From Polyangiaceae bacterium (lineage in GTDB: Bacteria; Myxococcota_A; Polyangia; Polyangiales; Polyangiaceae), in the NCBI GenBank assembly GCA_965222375.1, contig CBDCTZ010000012.1:512001-576000 (forward strand): DNA of 64,000 bases, read 5' to 3'. The notes under the pieces are model-generated. The model was given only the letters and a program-made list of their open reading frames with translations. It had not been told where the DNA came from and ran no database searches. The position numbers and the translations under genes are program-made. This document shows, in pieces, positions 25,828-35,283 of the stretch (position 1 is the stretch's first letter; the number at the start of each line of letters is the position of its first letter).

Positions 25828-27785
25828 CGGCCTCCTGTGGGTGAGCTGGCGCTGGGGGCCGGCGTAGCGGCGTCAGTGGCGCCGGCGTCTGGGGCCGCGG
25901 CGGGTCTAATCCCACCAACTACCCGCGGTGGTTTACCGGTGCCGATCTTTGGCGCTTTCACGACGCCTGGACCCGGCTGCGTCGTGGAGCGCAACAGGAC
26001 TTGTGCAGCCTCGTTGTTCGGGTCCAAGGCCAATGCGCGTTGCGCCAGGTTCTGCGCTTTGTCTGGATCGGTGGTCCGGACTTGTTCGGCGTCGAGGCGA
26101 AGGCGGTCCGCGGCCTTGCGACGAATGGCGATCAGCGCGGGATTGCCAGGGTGACGTCGCAAAGCGCGGTCCGTTATTTCTCGCACGTTGTCGATCACAG
26201 GCTCATCATACGCCCGTCGGTCCAATGCCGCCTGCGCACTCTGCACGTCCGCGGTCAGCGCGTCGGGTTCGCCGCCAAAAGCCCCAAAGTGCCGGGCCAG
26301 AAAAAACGCCAGTAGTGCGCCCAGAGCGAAGCACGCCAGAACTACGGGTAGCCGCGAGCGCTCCAAGGGTGGGGGCGGAACGGATTCGGGCAGTTCGTTG
26401 GATGCCGGATCCCAGGAGGGGCGCGAAGCCGAGGTCGGTGCGCCTTCTGACTGACTGGCCGGGGCCCCGGGGCCGCTGATTCGGTCGACTTCTGTGTTCA
26501 GGGAAGGCCTCTGGTCGGAAAGCGTTGGATCGACGCTGCTGGGAGGCTCCGTGTCATCAAAGAGTGTCGGGTCAACGCCGGACTTGGCCGACTTCGGTGA
26601 GCTGGCCGGGCTATCCTCGTCTATGGCGACGGTTCCTCCCGCGGCGTCGAGCGCTTGGGTGTCGCCGGACTGGCCGCGTAGCTTCTTCTCGAGTTCAGCG
26701 GACAGCGGCAAAGCCTTGGTGCGCTGGATGCTCTCTAAGCTGAGAGTCCCCTTGCTTACCAAGGTGGAGCGCACCATCAGCTCGTCCGGGGACAGGCCCG
26801 CCTCCCGGGCGGCGGCGACGAGCAGGCGTCCAAGAACGCGGGCGTTTTCAGCGCGCTGTTTTGGGTCTTTTGCCAGGTTTTTCATCACCACGTCTGTGAT
26901 GGGTTTGGGCACGTAGCTGGCACGCTCGATTTCCGAGAGCTGGGGCGCCGGTTCGTTGGTGTGCTTGATCAGAATGCCAACGGGGCTCTCGGCGTCGAAG
27001 GGCGTTCGGCCGCTGAGGCATTGGAAGAGCATGATCGCGATGCTGTAGACGTCGCTGGCTGCGCCGACTTGTTTTCCCTGAGCTCCCTCTGGAGAGATGT
27101 ATCGCGCGGTGCCGAAGATGACGCCCGCTTGAGTTGCGACGGTACTGTCAGCCCAGTCTATGCGAGCGACACCGAAGTCCAGCACTGTGACAAACTCGGC
27201 GTCGTCGCCACGCTTGACGAGCATGACGTTCTCGGGTTTCAGATCCCGATGCACGATGCCCTGGGCATGAGCCTCGCCGACCGCATCGCAGACCTGCAGG
27301 ATGATGTGAAGTGCTCGCGGCAGCGGTAAGGAACCCCCTTCCGCCGCCAGGGCTGAGCGCAGGGAGATGCCATCAAGATACTCCATGACCATGTAGGCTT
27401 CTCCGCCCACGTCGGCGTTGACCTTCTCGACTTCTCCCGTCATCAGCACCTGAACCACATTCGGATGCGATAGCCGACTAGCCACCTTGGCTTCCCTCAG
27501 AAAGCGCGCCTTTACCGTGGGGTTGCGCAGCAGCTCGCGGTGAAGAATCTTGACCGCGACATCACGGTCGATGCCCTGCTGATGGGCTCGATACACACGT
27601 CCCATAGCCCCGATGCCGATGAGTTGCTTCAGGGTGATCTGCCCGGCGAGAGTGAGGCCCACGTAAGGGTCGTCCAGGGACTTGGTCTTCTTCGCGGACA
27701 GTGGAGTGCCGTCCCTGGGACAGAAGATGACGTCCTCGTCGTAGCGCTGGCCACAGGCCGAGCAAGCTTTTGTAGGCAGGGTCAT
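25818..27785 (-). CDS. Membrane-anchored Ser/Thr protein kinase with N-terminal Zn-ribbon
   Basis: CSAC..FCPRDG, IGIGAMGRV, VAVK, HRDLKPEN, DFG, GTARYISPE. TM helix, then a TPR-like helical region. Confidence 0.96.
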   Translation of the reverse strand: MTLPTKACSACGQRYDEDVIFCPRDGTPLSAKKTKSLDDPYVGLTLAGQITLKQLIGIGAMGRVYRAHQQGIDRDVAVKILHRELLRNPTVKARFLREAKVASRLSHPNVVQVLMTGEVEKVNADVGGEAYMVMEYLDGISLRSALAAEGGSLPLPRALHIILQVCDAVGEAHAQGIVHRDLKPENVMLVKRGDDAEFVTVLDFGVARIDWADSTVATQAGVIFGTARYISPEGAQGKQVGAASDVYSIAIMLFQCLSGRTPFDAESPVGILIKHTNEPAPQLSEIERASYVPKPITDVVMKNLAKDPKQRAENARVLGRLLVAAAREAGLSPDELMVRSTLVSKGTLSLESIQRTKALPLSAELEKKLRGQSGDTQALDAAGGTVAIDEDSPASSPKSAKSGVDPTLFDDTEPPSSVDPTLSDQRPSLNTEVDRISGPGAPASQSEGAPTSASRPSWDPASNELPESVPPPPLERSRLPVVLACFALGALLAFFLARHFGAFGGEPDALTADVQSAQAALDRRAYDEPVIDNVREITDRALRRHPGNPALIAIRRKAADRLRLDAEQVRTTDPDKAQNLAQRALALDPNNEAAQVLLRSTTQPGPGVVKAPKIGTGKPPRVVGGIRPAAAPDAGATDAATPAPSASSPTGGRWL

Positions 27786-28316
27786 GCTGTGGGGCTATCG
27801 CCCGTCCAAGGCTAGCAGGGCTTTCCACCCCGCAAAATTCTCCGGCCCTTGACCGAGAAATCGACGTCAGATGCCAGGGTTTGCGCCTGGTGCAGTCGGG
27901 GCGGCCGCGCCGTCGGGCAACGCCCGCTCACCCGGCTCCGTCAGTCTAGTCTAGGCTCTTCTGCTGTCGGGCTTCCAACGGAGTTGGTGTTTCGGAGCAT
28001 CGTCTCTTGGCCAGGGCGCTGTCATTGAGCACGAGTTTGCTCTCGCAGGGGTTGCGAATCGCTTGGGGGCTGATCAGCTGAGATGCCAGGCGCGACTCGT
28101 CCGGTTGCGGGCTGCCCGCGGCATTCGGAGCCCGCCAGAGCTCCAGCGCCTCCGCCGCGCTGCCGGTTTTTCCTTCGCCCGGTGGGCCAAGGCGCTGCTG
28201 GTGACGCCGCCTGGACTTCCCCGCGAACTGTCCATCCGGCCTGGGATGGCCGTCGTGGCTCTCGCGGGACGTCATGCAATCCTGCCTTGCCGGTCCCGAG
28301 CATCGCAATTTCGGCA

Positions 28317-28580
28317 ATGATTGCGCGCTATTCGCCCAGCCTCTTGTTTGCTCAGGACGGGCGAGGCGGCCTGGTGTATCTGCTGCGCGCCATGTTCAAC
28401 GTCAACCTGGAGCGCTGCGGGTTCGAGCTTCGGCCGATTCCGCGCCTGGATGGCAGACTCCCGCCGTCGTCGAACTCGGGTCGACTTCAGGAAATGCGGG
28501 CTCCGATGTTCATCCCGCTATTGTCGCTGTTGCCCTACTCCTACACGGCTCGGTCTATCTGGATCGGAGGCCCATCGTGA
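28317..28580 (+). CDS. Possible small hypothetical protein coupled to scpA
   Basis: 87-codon ORF whose TGA overlaps the scpA GTG (GTGA). No recognisable motif. Confidence 0.3.
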   Translation: MIARYSPSLLFAQDGRGGLVYLLRAMFNVNLERCGFELRPIPRLDGRLPPSSNSGRLQEMRAPMFIPLLSLLPYSYTARSIWIGGPS

Positions 28581-29557
28581 GCGAACAGCCCCGCGTGGGT
28601 GACAGCGTAGATGGCTCCGGCCCTGAGTTGGCGAAGACGGCTCCGGAAGGGGCGGAGGCGACCGATGCGGTATCGCTGCCGAGGGGGGGAGTGAACTATA
28701 CGGTCCAACTGCCCAACTTCGAGGGGCCCTTGGACCTGCTGCTCCATTTGATCCAGCAGCATGAGCTCGACATCCTCGACATCCCGATCGCATTCATTAC
28801 GGAGAAGTACGTCGAATACATCCTATTGATGCAGGAGCTGAACATCGACATCGCCAGCGAATACCTGGTGATGGCAGCCACCCTTGCCCATATCAAGTCG
28901 AAGACCCTGCTGCCTTCCGCGCCGGACGATCAAGACGACTCGGATGAACTGGAGTTGGATCCGCGCACTGAGCTGGTGCGGCGTTTGCTCGAGTACCAGA
29001 AGTACAAATTGGTCGCGGAAAACCTGTCGCAGCGCTCCGTTTTTGGTCGGGATGTGTTCGCCCGTGGTCTTCCCGCACCTCAGGCCGAAGGCACGGCACC
29101 CCTCGCCCAGCTGAGCCTGTTCAAGCTGCTGGACGCGTTCCAGGGCGTGCTGACCCGCGCCAAGACCGTGATCGATCACGAAATCGAACTCGACCGTCTC
29201 TCGATTACGGATCGCATCAATCAACTGGCGGACCGGCTCCGAGAACGAGCGCGCCTGTCCTTCGAGGACTTGTTTGAAGGGCAACACACCCGGGCAGAGC
29301 TGATCGTGACGTTCCTGGCTCTGCTGGAGATGACTCGTTTGCGTATGACGCGACTGTTGCAGGAGAGCCCTCTCGCACCTCTGGTCGTGGAGTTGACCGT
29401 CAGTGACGATGAGGGAGGGGGTTCGGAGCGTGATGAGTATGCCGCCTGGGCCGATGAGCCAGCCGAGGCTGCCGCGGCGGGCGCCGATGCTGACGAAGCC
29501 GTGCAGACAGATTTGGAAACCCCTCAGGACGTGGAGTTGGATTCGAGCGATGGCTAA
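28577..29557 (+). CDS. scpA: Segregation and condensation protein A (kleisin)
   Basis: FEGPLDLLLHLI, ASEYLVMAATLAHIKSKTLLP, LVRRLLEYQKYK, IVTFLALLEM. Confidence 0.96.
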   Translation: MSEQPRVGDSVDGSGPELAKTAPEGAEATDAVSLPRGGVNYTVQLPNFEGPLDLLLHLIQQHELDILDIPIAFITEKYVEYILLMQELNIDIASEYLVMAATLAHIKSKTLLPSAPDDQDDSDELELDPRTELVRRLLEYQKYKLVAENLSQRSVFGRDVFARGLPAPQAEGTAPLAQLSLFKLLDAFQGVLTRAKTVIDHEIELDRLSITDRINQLADRLRERARLSFEDLFEGQHTRAELIVTFLALLEMTRLRMTRLLQESPLAPLVVELTVSDDEGGGSERDEYAAWADEPAEAAAAGADADEAVQTDLETPQDVELDSSDG

Positions 29558-30581
29558 ACCGCGACAACAGGAGCGCGCCGCGAAGCGGGCTGCGCCCAAG
29601 AAAACGGGCAAGAACGGCGCCAAGAAGGCAGCTGCTTCGGCTGAAGCCGCGGCGCCTCCGGCCGAGGATGCTGCTCAAGAAGAGCCTGCGCCGGATACCT
29701 TGGTCGACCCCATCGACGCTGCTCCCGTGGAGAGTGCCGTTCCGGATACCGTCGACGACAACAAGGACTCCGAGTCTACGGTCGAGGACACTCGAGCTTA
29801 TCTAAAGGGGTTGCTGGAAGCGTTGCTGTTCGTCGGTGACCGCCCCTTGGAATTGAAGGAATTGGCTCGGGCTGCGCGAATCGATCGCAAACGCACAGAA
29901 GAGCTGCTGCGAGAGATCGCTGAAGACTATTCGCAGCGAGGCATGCACTTGGGCGAAGTTGCGGGCGGATTCGCGTTCCGATCGAATCCTCTGTATTCGG
30001 ATCAAGTACGACGCTTCCTCGCCCAACGCCCAGTGCGTCTCTCCCGAGCACAGCTCGAGACTCTCTCCATCGTCGCCTATCGTCAGCCGATCACCCGGCC
30101 TGAGGTCGATGACATCCGCGGCGTGGACTGTGGACCGGTCTTGAAGGGACTGCTGGATAGGGATTTGGTTCGCATCATCGGCAAGAAGGACGAGCCAGGG
30201 CGCCCCATGCTCTACGGCACGACCCAGGCCTTCCTGGAGCTATTCAGTATGAGCTCGCTTCGGGACCTGCCGACCCTGAAGGAGTTCACCGAGTTGTCGG
30301 ATGAGTCCAAGCAATTCTTCGAAACGAAGACCGGAGAAGAGGCGCCCGAAGGACCGATCCCAGACCCAACCGCCACGCCCGGGGAAGGCGCGGGCGCTGA
30401 AGGCACTGCCGCCGCCGAGGGGACCCAGCAAGACTGCCCTGCGGAGTCTGCACAGGGCGGCGAACCTTTCCAGCACGCGCTCGAGCCTCCGAACGCCGAA
30501 GAAGAGGACGAGGAGGACGACGACGAAGACGACGAGGACGAGGAGGACGACGACGAAGACGACGAGGACGACGAGGATTGA
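29550..30581 (+). CDS. scpB: SMC-Scp complex subunit ScpB
   Basis: LEALLF, LSRAQLETLSIVAYRQPITR, IRGVD, GRPMLYGTT..FLELF..L.DLP; acidic C-terminal tail. Confidence 0.96.
   Translation: MAKPRQQERAAKRAAPKKTGKNGAKKAAASAEAAAPPAEDAAQEEPAPDTLVDPIDAAPVESAVPDTVDDNKDSESTVEDTRAYLKGLLEALLFVGDRPLELKELARAARIDRKRTEELLREIAEDYSQRGMHLGEVAGGFAFRSNPLYSDQVRRFLAQRPVRLSRAQLETLSIVAYRQPITRPEVDDIRGVDCGPVLKGLLDRDLVRIIGKKDEPGRPMLYGTTQAFLELFSMSSLRDLPTLKEFTELSDESKQFFETKTGEEAPEGPIPDPTATPGEGAGAEGTAAAEGTQQDCPAESAQGGEPFQHALEPPNAEEEDEEDDDEDDEDEEDDDEDDEDDED
30504..30563 (+). repeat. Exact 30-bp tandem duplication in the scpB acidic tail
   Basis: GAGGACGAGGAGGACGACGACGAAGACGAC x2. Confidence 0.85.
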
Positions 30582-30594
30582 GGCAAACTTGGGC

Positions 30595-30930
30595 TCAACC
30601 CTCGTCCATCGGGTCTTCGTACTCCTTGGCTAGGTCTAGCGCCGCTTCGAACAAAGCCGGGTGAGCCACGAGTTTACGAACCAGACCCCAGAGTTCGGGG
30701 TCTGCGAGTCGCTCTGGGCCGCTCTCCGCTGCTCTCTTCTTGCGCTTCGGAAAAGCACTCGGCCCCTGCTGCTGCAGGCTCTTGAGCTTGTCCACGTAGC
30801 GTTTTGTCGGAAACTGGTCGCCCGCTTCCCAGGCGAAGATCGTCTTGTCCTCGACCCCGAGGGCTTTGCCGAGCTGTCGGGCCGTGGCACCCAACTCTTT
30901 ACGCGCGCGTTTGACGTCTTCAGGAGACAC
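30595..30930 (-). CDS. XRE-family helix-turn-helix protein
   Basis: VKRARKELGATARQLGKALGVEDKTIFAWEAGDQFP. GTG start at 30930 inferred. Confidence 0.85.
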   Translation of the reverse strand: MSPEDVKRARKELGATARQLGKALGVEDKTIFAWEAGDQFPTKRYVDKLKSLQQQGPSAFPKRKKRAAESGPERLADPELWGLVRKLVAHPALFEAALDLAKEYEDPMDEG

Positions 30931-31031
30931 GACGCGATAAGGTACCTGAAGATGTCGGGCTTCGCGCTGGCAATGCTGCGCACCCACGAAAAAACTGAAA
31001 ACTCACGCTGCGTGTGGCCGACAGGCTGGAC

Positions 31032-32465
31032 ATGCGCGATTTGCGACTGGTGACCGTGGCCCTGGTTCTGGCGTGCTCGCCGAAGGTGGAGATCGAGGAG
31101 AGGGCAGACCGAGGAGTTGCTGTTGGCTTCCAGCCTCCTTCACCGCCCGACGCCATCTCCGAGGTTCTGCGGATCTCCGTCGGCGGGCGCGCTCCCGAGC
31201 AGCTCGTGCTGCTGAGCGGAGAGCTCTCGACCTACCACCAAGGGAGGCTGCGGCGCGGGGACCTTCCGAAGACGCTCAGGCAGCGGTTGGTGCCCGCCCT
31301 GACCTACTCGGCGGCTGGACGGAGCGTGCTCGCCCCCACCCAACGACTCGAGAGCAACGGCGTCTACACCCTTGGAGCGCTTGGGGAGGGCGTGATCCTG
31401 GGACTCCGGGTCCGCCCGACGCCTGCGCCGGTATTGGAGCGCCGCTGGCCCTGGGGCGCGGAGCCGACCGCGAGCGGCCTAGCAGTGTACTGTGGCCCCG
31501 AGGCCGTCGTTCCGGCCGACCTGGTTGCCCAGGTCCGGCTCGAGCCAGGGAGTGTCCCCGCGGAGGTACGCCCGGGAGCGGGTCACCCCAGTGTGCTTGG
31601 GGAGCTCTGCGTGACCCTTCGCTACGCGACTCAGGATGGCGTCGCGCGCGTGCCGCCTGCGAGCGTGCGGGGCCTCCTACTCGACCCTCAACCCCTTGCG
31701 CAGATTGCGCCCTCCATCCCGATGGCTCAATCGTGCCCGAGCGGATGGGGCGAAACAGCCTTGGGTTGCTACGACGTTCAGGATGACCGAATCCACTATC
31801 GAGCGCGCTACAGCCCGGCGGCGGTCGCCGTGGACAGCGGCGGATTGCGGGAGGTGGTTCCGGTTGATGGCTCCGGACAGGCGACCCTCAGGGGCTTCAC
31901 TCCCGGAACCTCGAGCCAGATCTCCCTGTTCGAAGTCAGCCATGGCGGCCTAGAGTCCCACTCGATTCGTGCCGTCGACATGCTGCCCGCGCGCCCGCAC
32001 CCGCTCCTGAGCGAAGTGATGGCGAACGCCGTGGGGCCGGAGCCTGCTCAGGAGTGGGTGGAGCTGTTCAATGACGGACAGGCCGAGTGGTACATGGCCG
32101 GGTTCGTTTTAACGGATGCTGCCGGTTCGACCGAGTTGCCCGAGCTGGCACTGGGCCCCGGTCAGTACGCTCTGATCGTCAATGACAGCTACGACCCGGA
32201 GTCCTTCGCGGACCTGGCACCAGCGCCGGGAACTGTCCTTTTGCGAGTTCCGAAGCTTGGCAAGAACGGCCTCTCCAACGCTGGAGAGCCACTGGCGCTG
32301 CTCGGCCCCAATGGTTCCGTCTGGTCGACGTTTCCCGCGCTGAAGCACTCGAAGGCGGGCGTGAGCGCTGCCCGACTTGTGGTCGGCACGTCCCCCGACA
32401 CTTTCGGAATGTCGGCACAGCCCGGGGCTTCACCCGGGGCGCCAAACGCGCTGCAACCGCCCTGA
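31032..32465 (+). CDS. Lipoprotein with C-terminal lamin-tail domain
   Basis: Lipobox LVLAC; LLSEVMANAVG...EWVELFN, GLSNAGE, ASPGAPN. Confidence 0.85.
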   Translation: MRDLRLVTVALVLACSPKVEIEERADRGVAVGFQPPSPPDAISEVLRISVGGRAPEQLVLLSGELSTYHQGRLRRGDLPKTLRQRLVPALTYSAAGRSVLAPTQRLESNGVYTLGALGEGVILGLRVRPTPAPVLERRWPWGAEPTASGLAVYCGPEAVVPADLVAQVRLEPGSVPAEVRPGAGHPSVLGELCVTLRYATQDGVARVPPASVRGLLLDPQPLAQIAPSIPMAQSCPSGWGETALGCYDVQDDRIHYRARYSPAAVAVDSGGLREVVPVDGSGQATLRGFTPGTSSQISLFEVSHGGLESHSIRAVDMLPARPHPLLSEVMANAVGPEPAQEWVELFNDGQAEWYMAGFVLTDAAGSTELPELALGPGQYALIVNDSYDPESFADLAPAPGTVLLRVPKLGKNGLSNAGEPLALLGPNGSVWSTFPALKHSKAGVSAARLVVGTSPDTFGMSAQPGASPGAPNALQPP

Positions 32466-32476
32466 GTCGATGCCGT

Positions 32477-33841
32477 TCAGTTGCCGGCGACGGTCATGTT
32501 CGCGATGCGGATCGTGGGAGCCGCCGTGCTCGTCTTGAACTCGAGGTCATTTCCAATGGCGTCGATGTTCTTCATCATTTCATCCAGATTCGAGGAGACG
32601 GTGATTTCGCTGACCGGGAAGGTCCGCTTACCGTTCTCAATCCAGAAGCCTGCGGCGCCCCGCGAGTAGTCTCCGGTGACGGCGTTGAATCCGAAGCCCA
32701 TCATCTCGGTGATGTATAGCCCCTTGTCCACACCGCCAATGACCTCCTCCGGTGTCTCGCTGCCCGCTTCCAAGTAGAAGTTGGTTGTCGAGGGACCGAT
32801 GTGGCCACCTCGCCGTGCCGCGCTGGCCGTGGAGGCCTTTCCGAGCTTGCGGGCGCTGTAGCAGTCGAGCAGGTACATCTTCAGTCTTCCCTGCTCCACG
32901 ACTACGTTTCTTTGGGATGCGAGCCCCTCGCCATCGAACGCCCGGGACCCCGGGCCCCGGGGGCGCAGCGGATCGTCGATCAGAGTGACGTGCTCGCTGG
33001 CCACTGGGGTGTCCACGCGGTCGAGGAGGTAGCTCGACTTGCGCCAAATCGCGCCTCCGACTGCGCAGCCAGCGAAGGTGCCGATCAGACCCCGCGCGAC
33101 GTCCGGATCGAAAACCACTGGAACTTCACAAGTGTCGACCTTTCGAGCGCCGAGCTTGGCCAATGTGCGCTTGGCGGCCTCGAGCCCGACTGCTTCCTCG
33201 CTCTCCAACAGCTCAGAATGTCGCCCTGCGGTCCAGTAGTAGCCGCGACGGCGCTTGCCGCCTTCGTCCTCCGCGACCGGCGTGACCACAAGCGACGCAT
33301 AGGAACCGCGTTGCTCCCCAACAAAGCCCGAGCTGAGCACCAACACGCTCTTCCCCGACACTCGGGAGAAGGTGGCGCCCTCGCTCAGAGTCAGCCGAGG
33401 GTCCGCTGCGAGTGCGGCCTTTTCCCCTTTGATCGCCCGGCGCAAGGCGTCGTCCGCGCCGATGCTGGCGACCTCTTCGCTGTACAGCTCGAGATCTGCG
33501 AATGGCCCCTTCGCCAGCGCTTCGGGGTCCGCCGGGCCCGCGTTGGGATCCGCTTCGGTCAGGTCCAAGAGTTCGAGCGCATCGCTAACGCAACGCGCCA
33601 GGCCTGTGTCGGATAGGTCGCTGGTGGATGTCACTGCGACCCTTTGGTCGCGCATGACTCGCAGGGACACTCCGCGGCTGCCGGCTTCTTCAACGAGCTC
33701 GGGTTCGCTCAGCCGAACCTTCGCGGACAGCTCCCAGCCTTCGCTGGCGCTGGCTTCAGCGACATCCGCGCCACCTTTTTTGGCGCGTTCGACGAGTTGA
33801 TGGGCTAGTGCCGACAGGTCTGGCGCCGCTTCGCTGCTCAT
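32477..33841 (-). CDS. pmbA: TldD/PmbA family protein (PmbA/TldE type)
   Basis: GADVAEA, DDPL...SRAFDGEG, GFNAVTGDYSRGAAGFWIENG; no HExxGH zinc motif. Confidence 0.9.
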   Translation of the reverse strand: MSSEAAPDLSALAHQLVERAKKGGADVAEASASEGWELSAKVRLSEPELVEEAGSRGVSLRVMRDQRVAVTSTSDLSDTGLARCVSDALELLDLTEADPNAGPADPEALAKGPFADLELYSEEVASIGADDALRRAIKGEKAALAADPRLTLSEGATFSRVSGKSVLVLSSGFVGEQRGSYASLVVTPVAEDEGGKRRRGYYWTAGRHSELLESEEAVGLEAAKRTLAKLGARKVDTCEVPVVFDPDVARGLIGTFAGCAVGGAIWRKSSYLLDRVDTPVASEHVTLIDDPLRPRGPGSRAFDGEGLASQRNVVVEQGRLKMYLLDCYSARKLGKASTASAARRGGHIGPSTTNFYLEAGSETPEEVIGGVDKGLYITEMMGFGFNAVTGDYSRGAAGFWIENGKRTFPVSEITVSSNLDEMMKNIDAIGNDLEFKTSTAAPTIRIANMTVAGN

Positions 33842-33874
33842 TGTTTCACACCCTGTTGTTGGGAGTCTGCGCTG

Positions 33875-34423
33875 TCAATCCCGCGCGAGCGTGGCTTGGT
33901 GCTTCCGAATCCCCCGGGCGATCACCGCGATACCCGCCGCCAAGATCGCGGCCAGCCAAAGCAACGCGTAGCCCAGGGGGCTGCCCGCGACGGCCCGGAC
34001 CCCGAAGTCGTCGTGGAACTGGGTGTAGGTTGCGACGCGGCCCAGACGAGCGGAGCTGATGACCAGCATCGCCACTGCGAGCCCTAGAGTGGCCAATAGC
34101 AACTGTCCGACCAGCCGGGGGCGGCGTGCCCAGGAGATCGCTCGGGCGCACAGCACTCCCAGAGGCGGACCGAAGGCCGCCGCCAGCGCCAGCAGGGTGG
34201 AGAAGAAGCCAGGAAGCCTGCGAGAATCCACGCGGTAGGCCAGGCACCAGTCCGGGGCCAGAGCCAGCAGAAACGCGGTTGCCGGGCCGAGCAGGACGGC
34301 GCCGAAACCCGCTGCTAGGACTACGGTCCTGCTCTCGGTAATCGAGCTGCGATCGTTGCTGCTCAGCCGCGCCAGCCCCATACCGACTACGAAGCCAATC
34401 AGTGGAAATACGACGGCCGGCAT
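33875..34423 (-). CDS. Hypothetical multi-pass membrane protein
   Basis: About five hydrophobic segments; lies upstream of pmbA on the same strand. Confidence 0.7.
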   Translation of the reverse strand: MPAVVFPLIGFVVGMGLARLSSNDRSSITESRTVVLAAGFGAVLLGPATAFLLALAPDWCLAYRVDSRRLPGFFSTLLALAAAFGPPLGVLCARAISWARRPRLVGQLLLATLGLAVAMLVISSARLGRVATYTQFHDDFGVRAVAGSPLGYALLWLAAILAAGIAVIARGIRKHQATLARD

Positions 34424-34512
34424 CCGCAGCAACAAAAGCACTTCTGAGCCTGCTTGAAAAGTGAGACAAAGCGCCGCAGGAACTTGTCGGCCTCAGCCCC
34501 CCGGGTCCCAAG

Positions 34513-35283
34513 ATGAATGAAGAACTGCTCATACAGCTGCTGAAGCGGATCCAATCCGGCGAAACGGATGTGGATAGCGCCTTGGCGGAACTGCGACAAT
34601 TGCCCTTCGCCGATCTCGGCTATGCGCGGGTGGATCATCACCGTGCACTCCGCCAAGGATTGCCGGAAGTAGTGCTCGGCGAAAAAAAGCAGCCGGCTCA
34701 CATCGTCGGAATTGCCAAGCATCTGATCGCAACCGGTCAGAACGTGCTCATAACTCGGGTGGCTGCGGACGCGGCAGACGCGGTTTGTGCTGAGGTCCCC
34801 CAGCTGCACTACACGCAGATCGCAAGGGTGCTCAGCTACGAGCATTCTCCGATACAGCCCAAGAAGATGACTCCGGTCGCTCTCGTAACAGCAGGTACGA
34901 GTGATTTGCCCGTTGCCGAAGAAGCGGCCGAAACACTGCGCATGGCTGGAATTCCTTTCGAGCGGCTAGTGGACGTGGGCGTGGCAGGGATTCATCGACT
35001 CTTCAACGGCCTGGACACGCTGACGTCTGCCCCAGCGGTGATCGTCGTGGCGGGAATGGAAGGCGCGCTGCCGAGCGTGGTCGGTGGACTAGTGGCCGGT
35101 CCGGTTATCGCAGTTCCGACCTCCGTCGGCTACGGCGCGGCCCTAGGGGGGTTCACCGCCCTGCTCGGTATGCTCACAGGCTGCGCGTCGGGCGTGAGCG
35201 TCGTGAACATCGACAACGGTTTCGGTGCCGCTATGGCAGTCGTGCGATACGTGCGCGCTAGCGAGGCGGCGAAACGCGAATGA
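34513..35283 (+). CDS. larB: Nickel-pincer cofactor biosynthesis carboxylase/hydrolase LarB
   Basis: DHHRALRQGLPEVV, AGTSDLPVAEEA, DVGVAGIHRL, AGMEGALPSVV, VPTSVGYG, VVNIDNGFGAA. Confidence 0.95.
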   Translation: MNEELLIQLLKRIQSGETDVDSALAELRQLPFADLGYARVDHHRALRQGLPEVVLGEKKQPAHIVGIAKHLIATGQNVLITRVAADAADAVCAEVPQLHYTQIARVLSYEHSPIQPKKMTPVALVTAGTSDLPVAEEAAETLRMAGIPFERLVDVGVAGIHRLFNGLDTLTSAPAVIVVAGMEGALPSVVGGLVAGPVIAVPTSVGYGAALGGFTALLGMLTGCASGVSVVNIDNGFGAAMAVVRYVRASEAAKRE

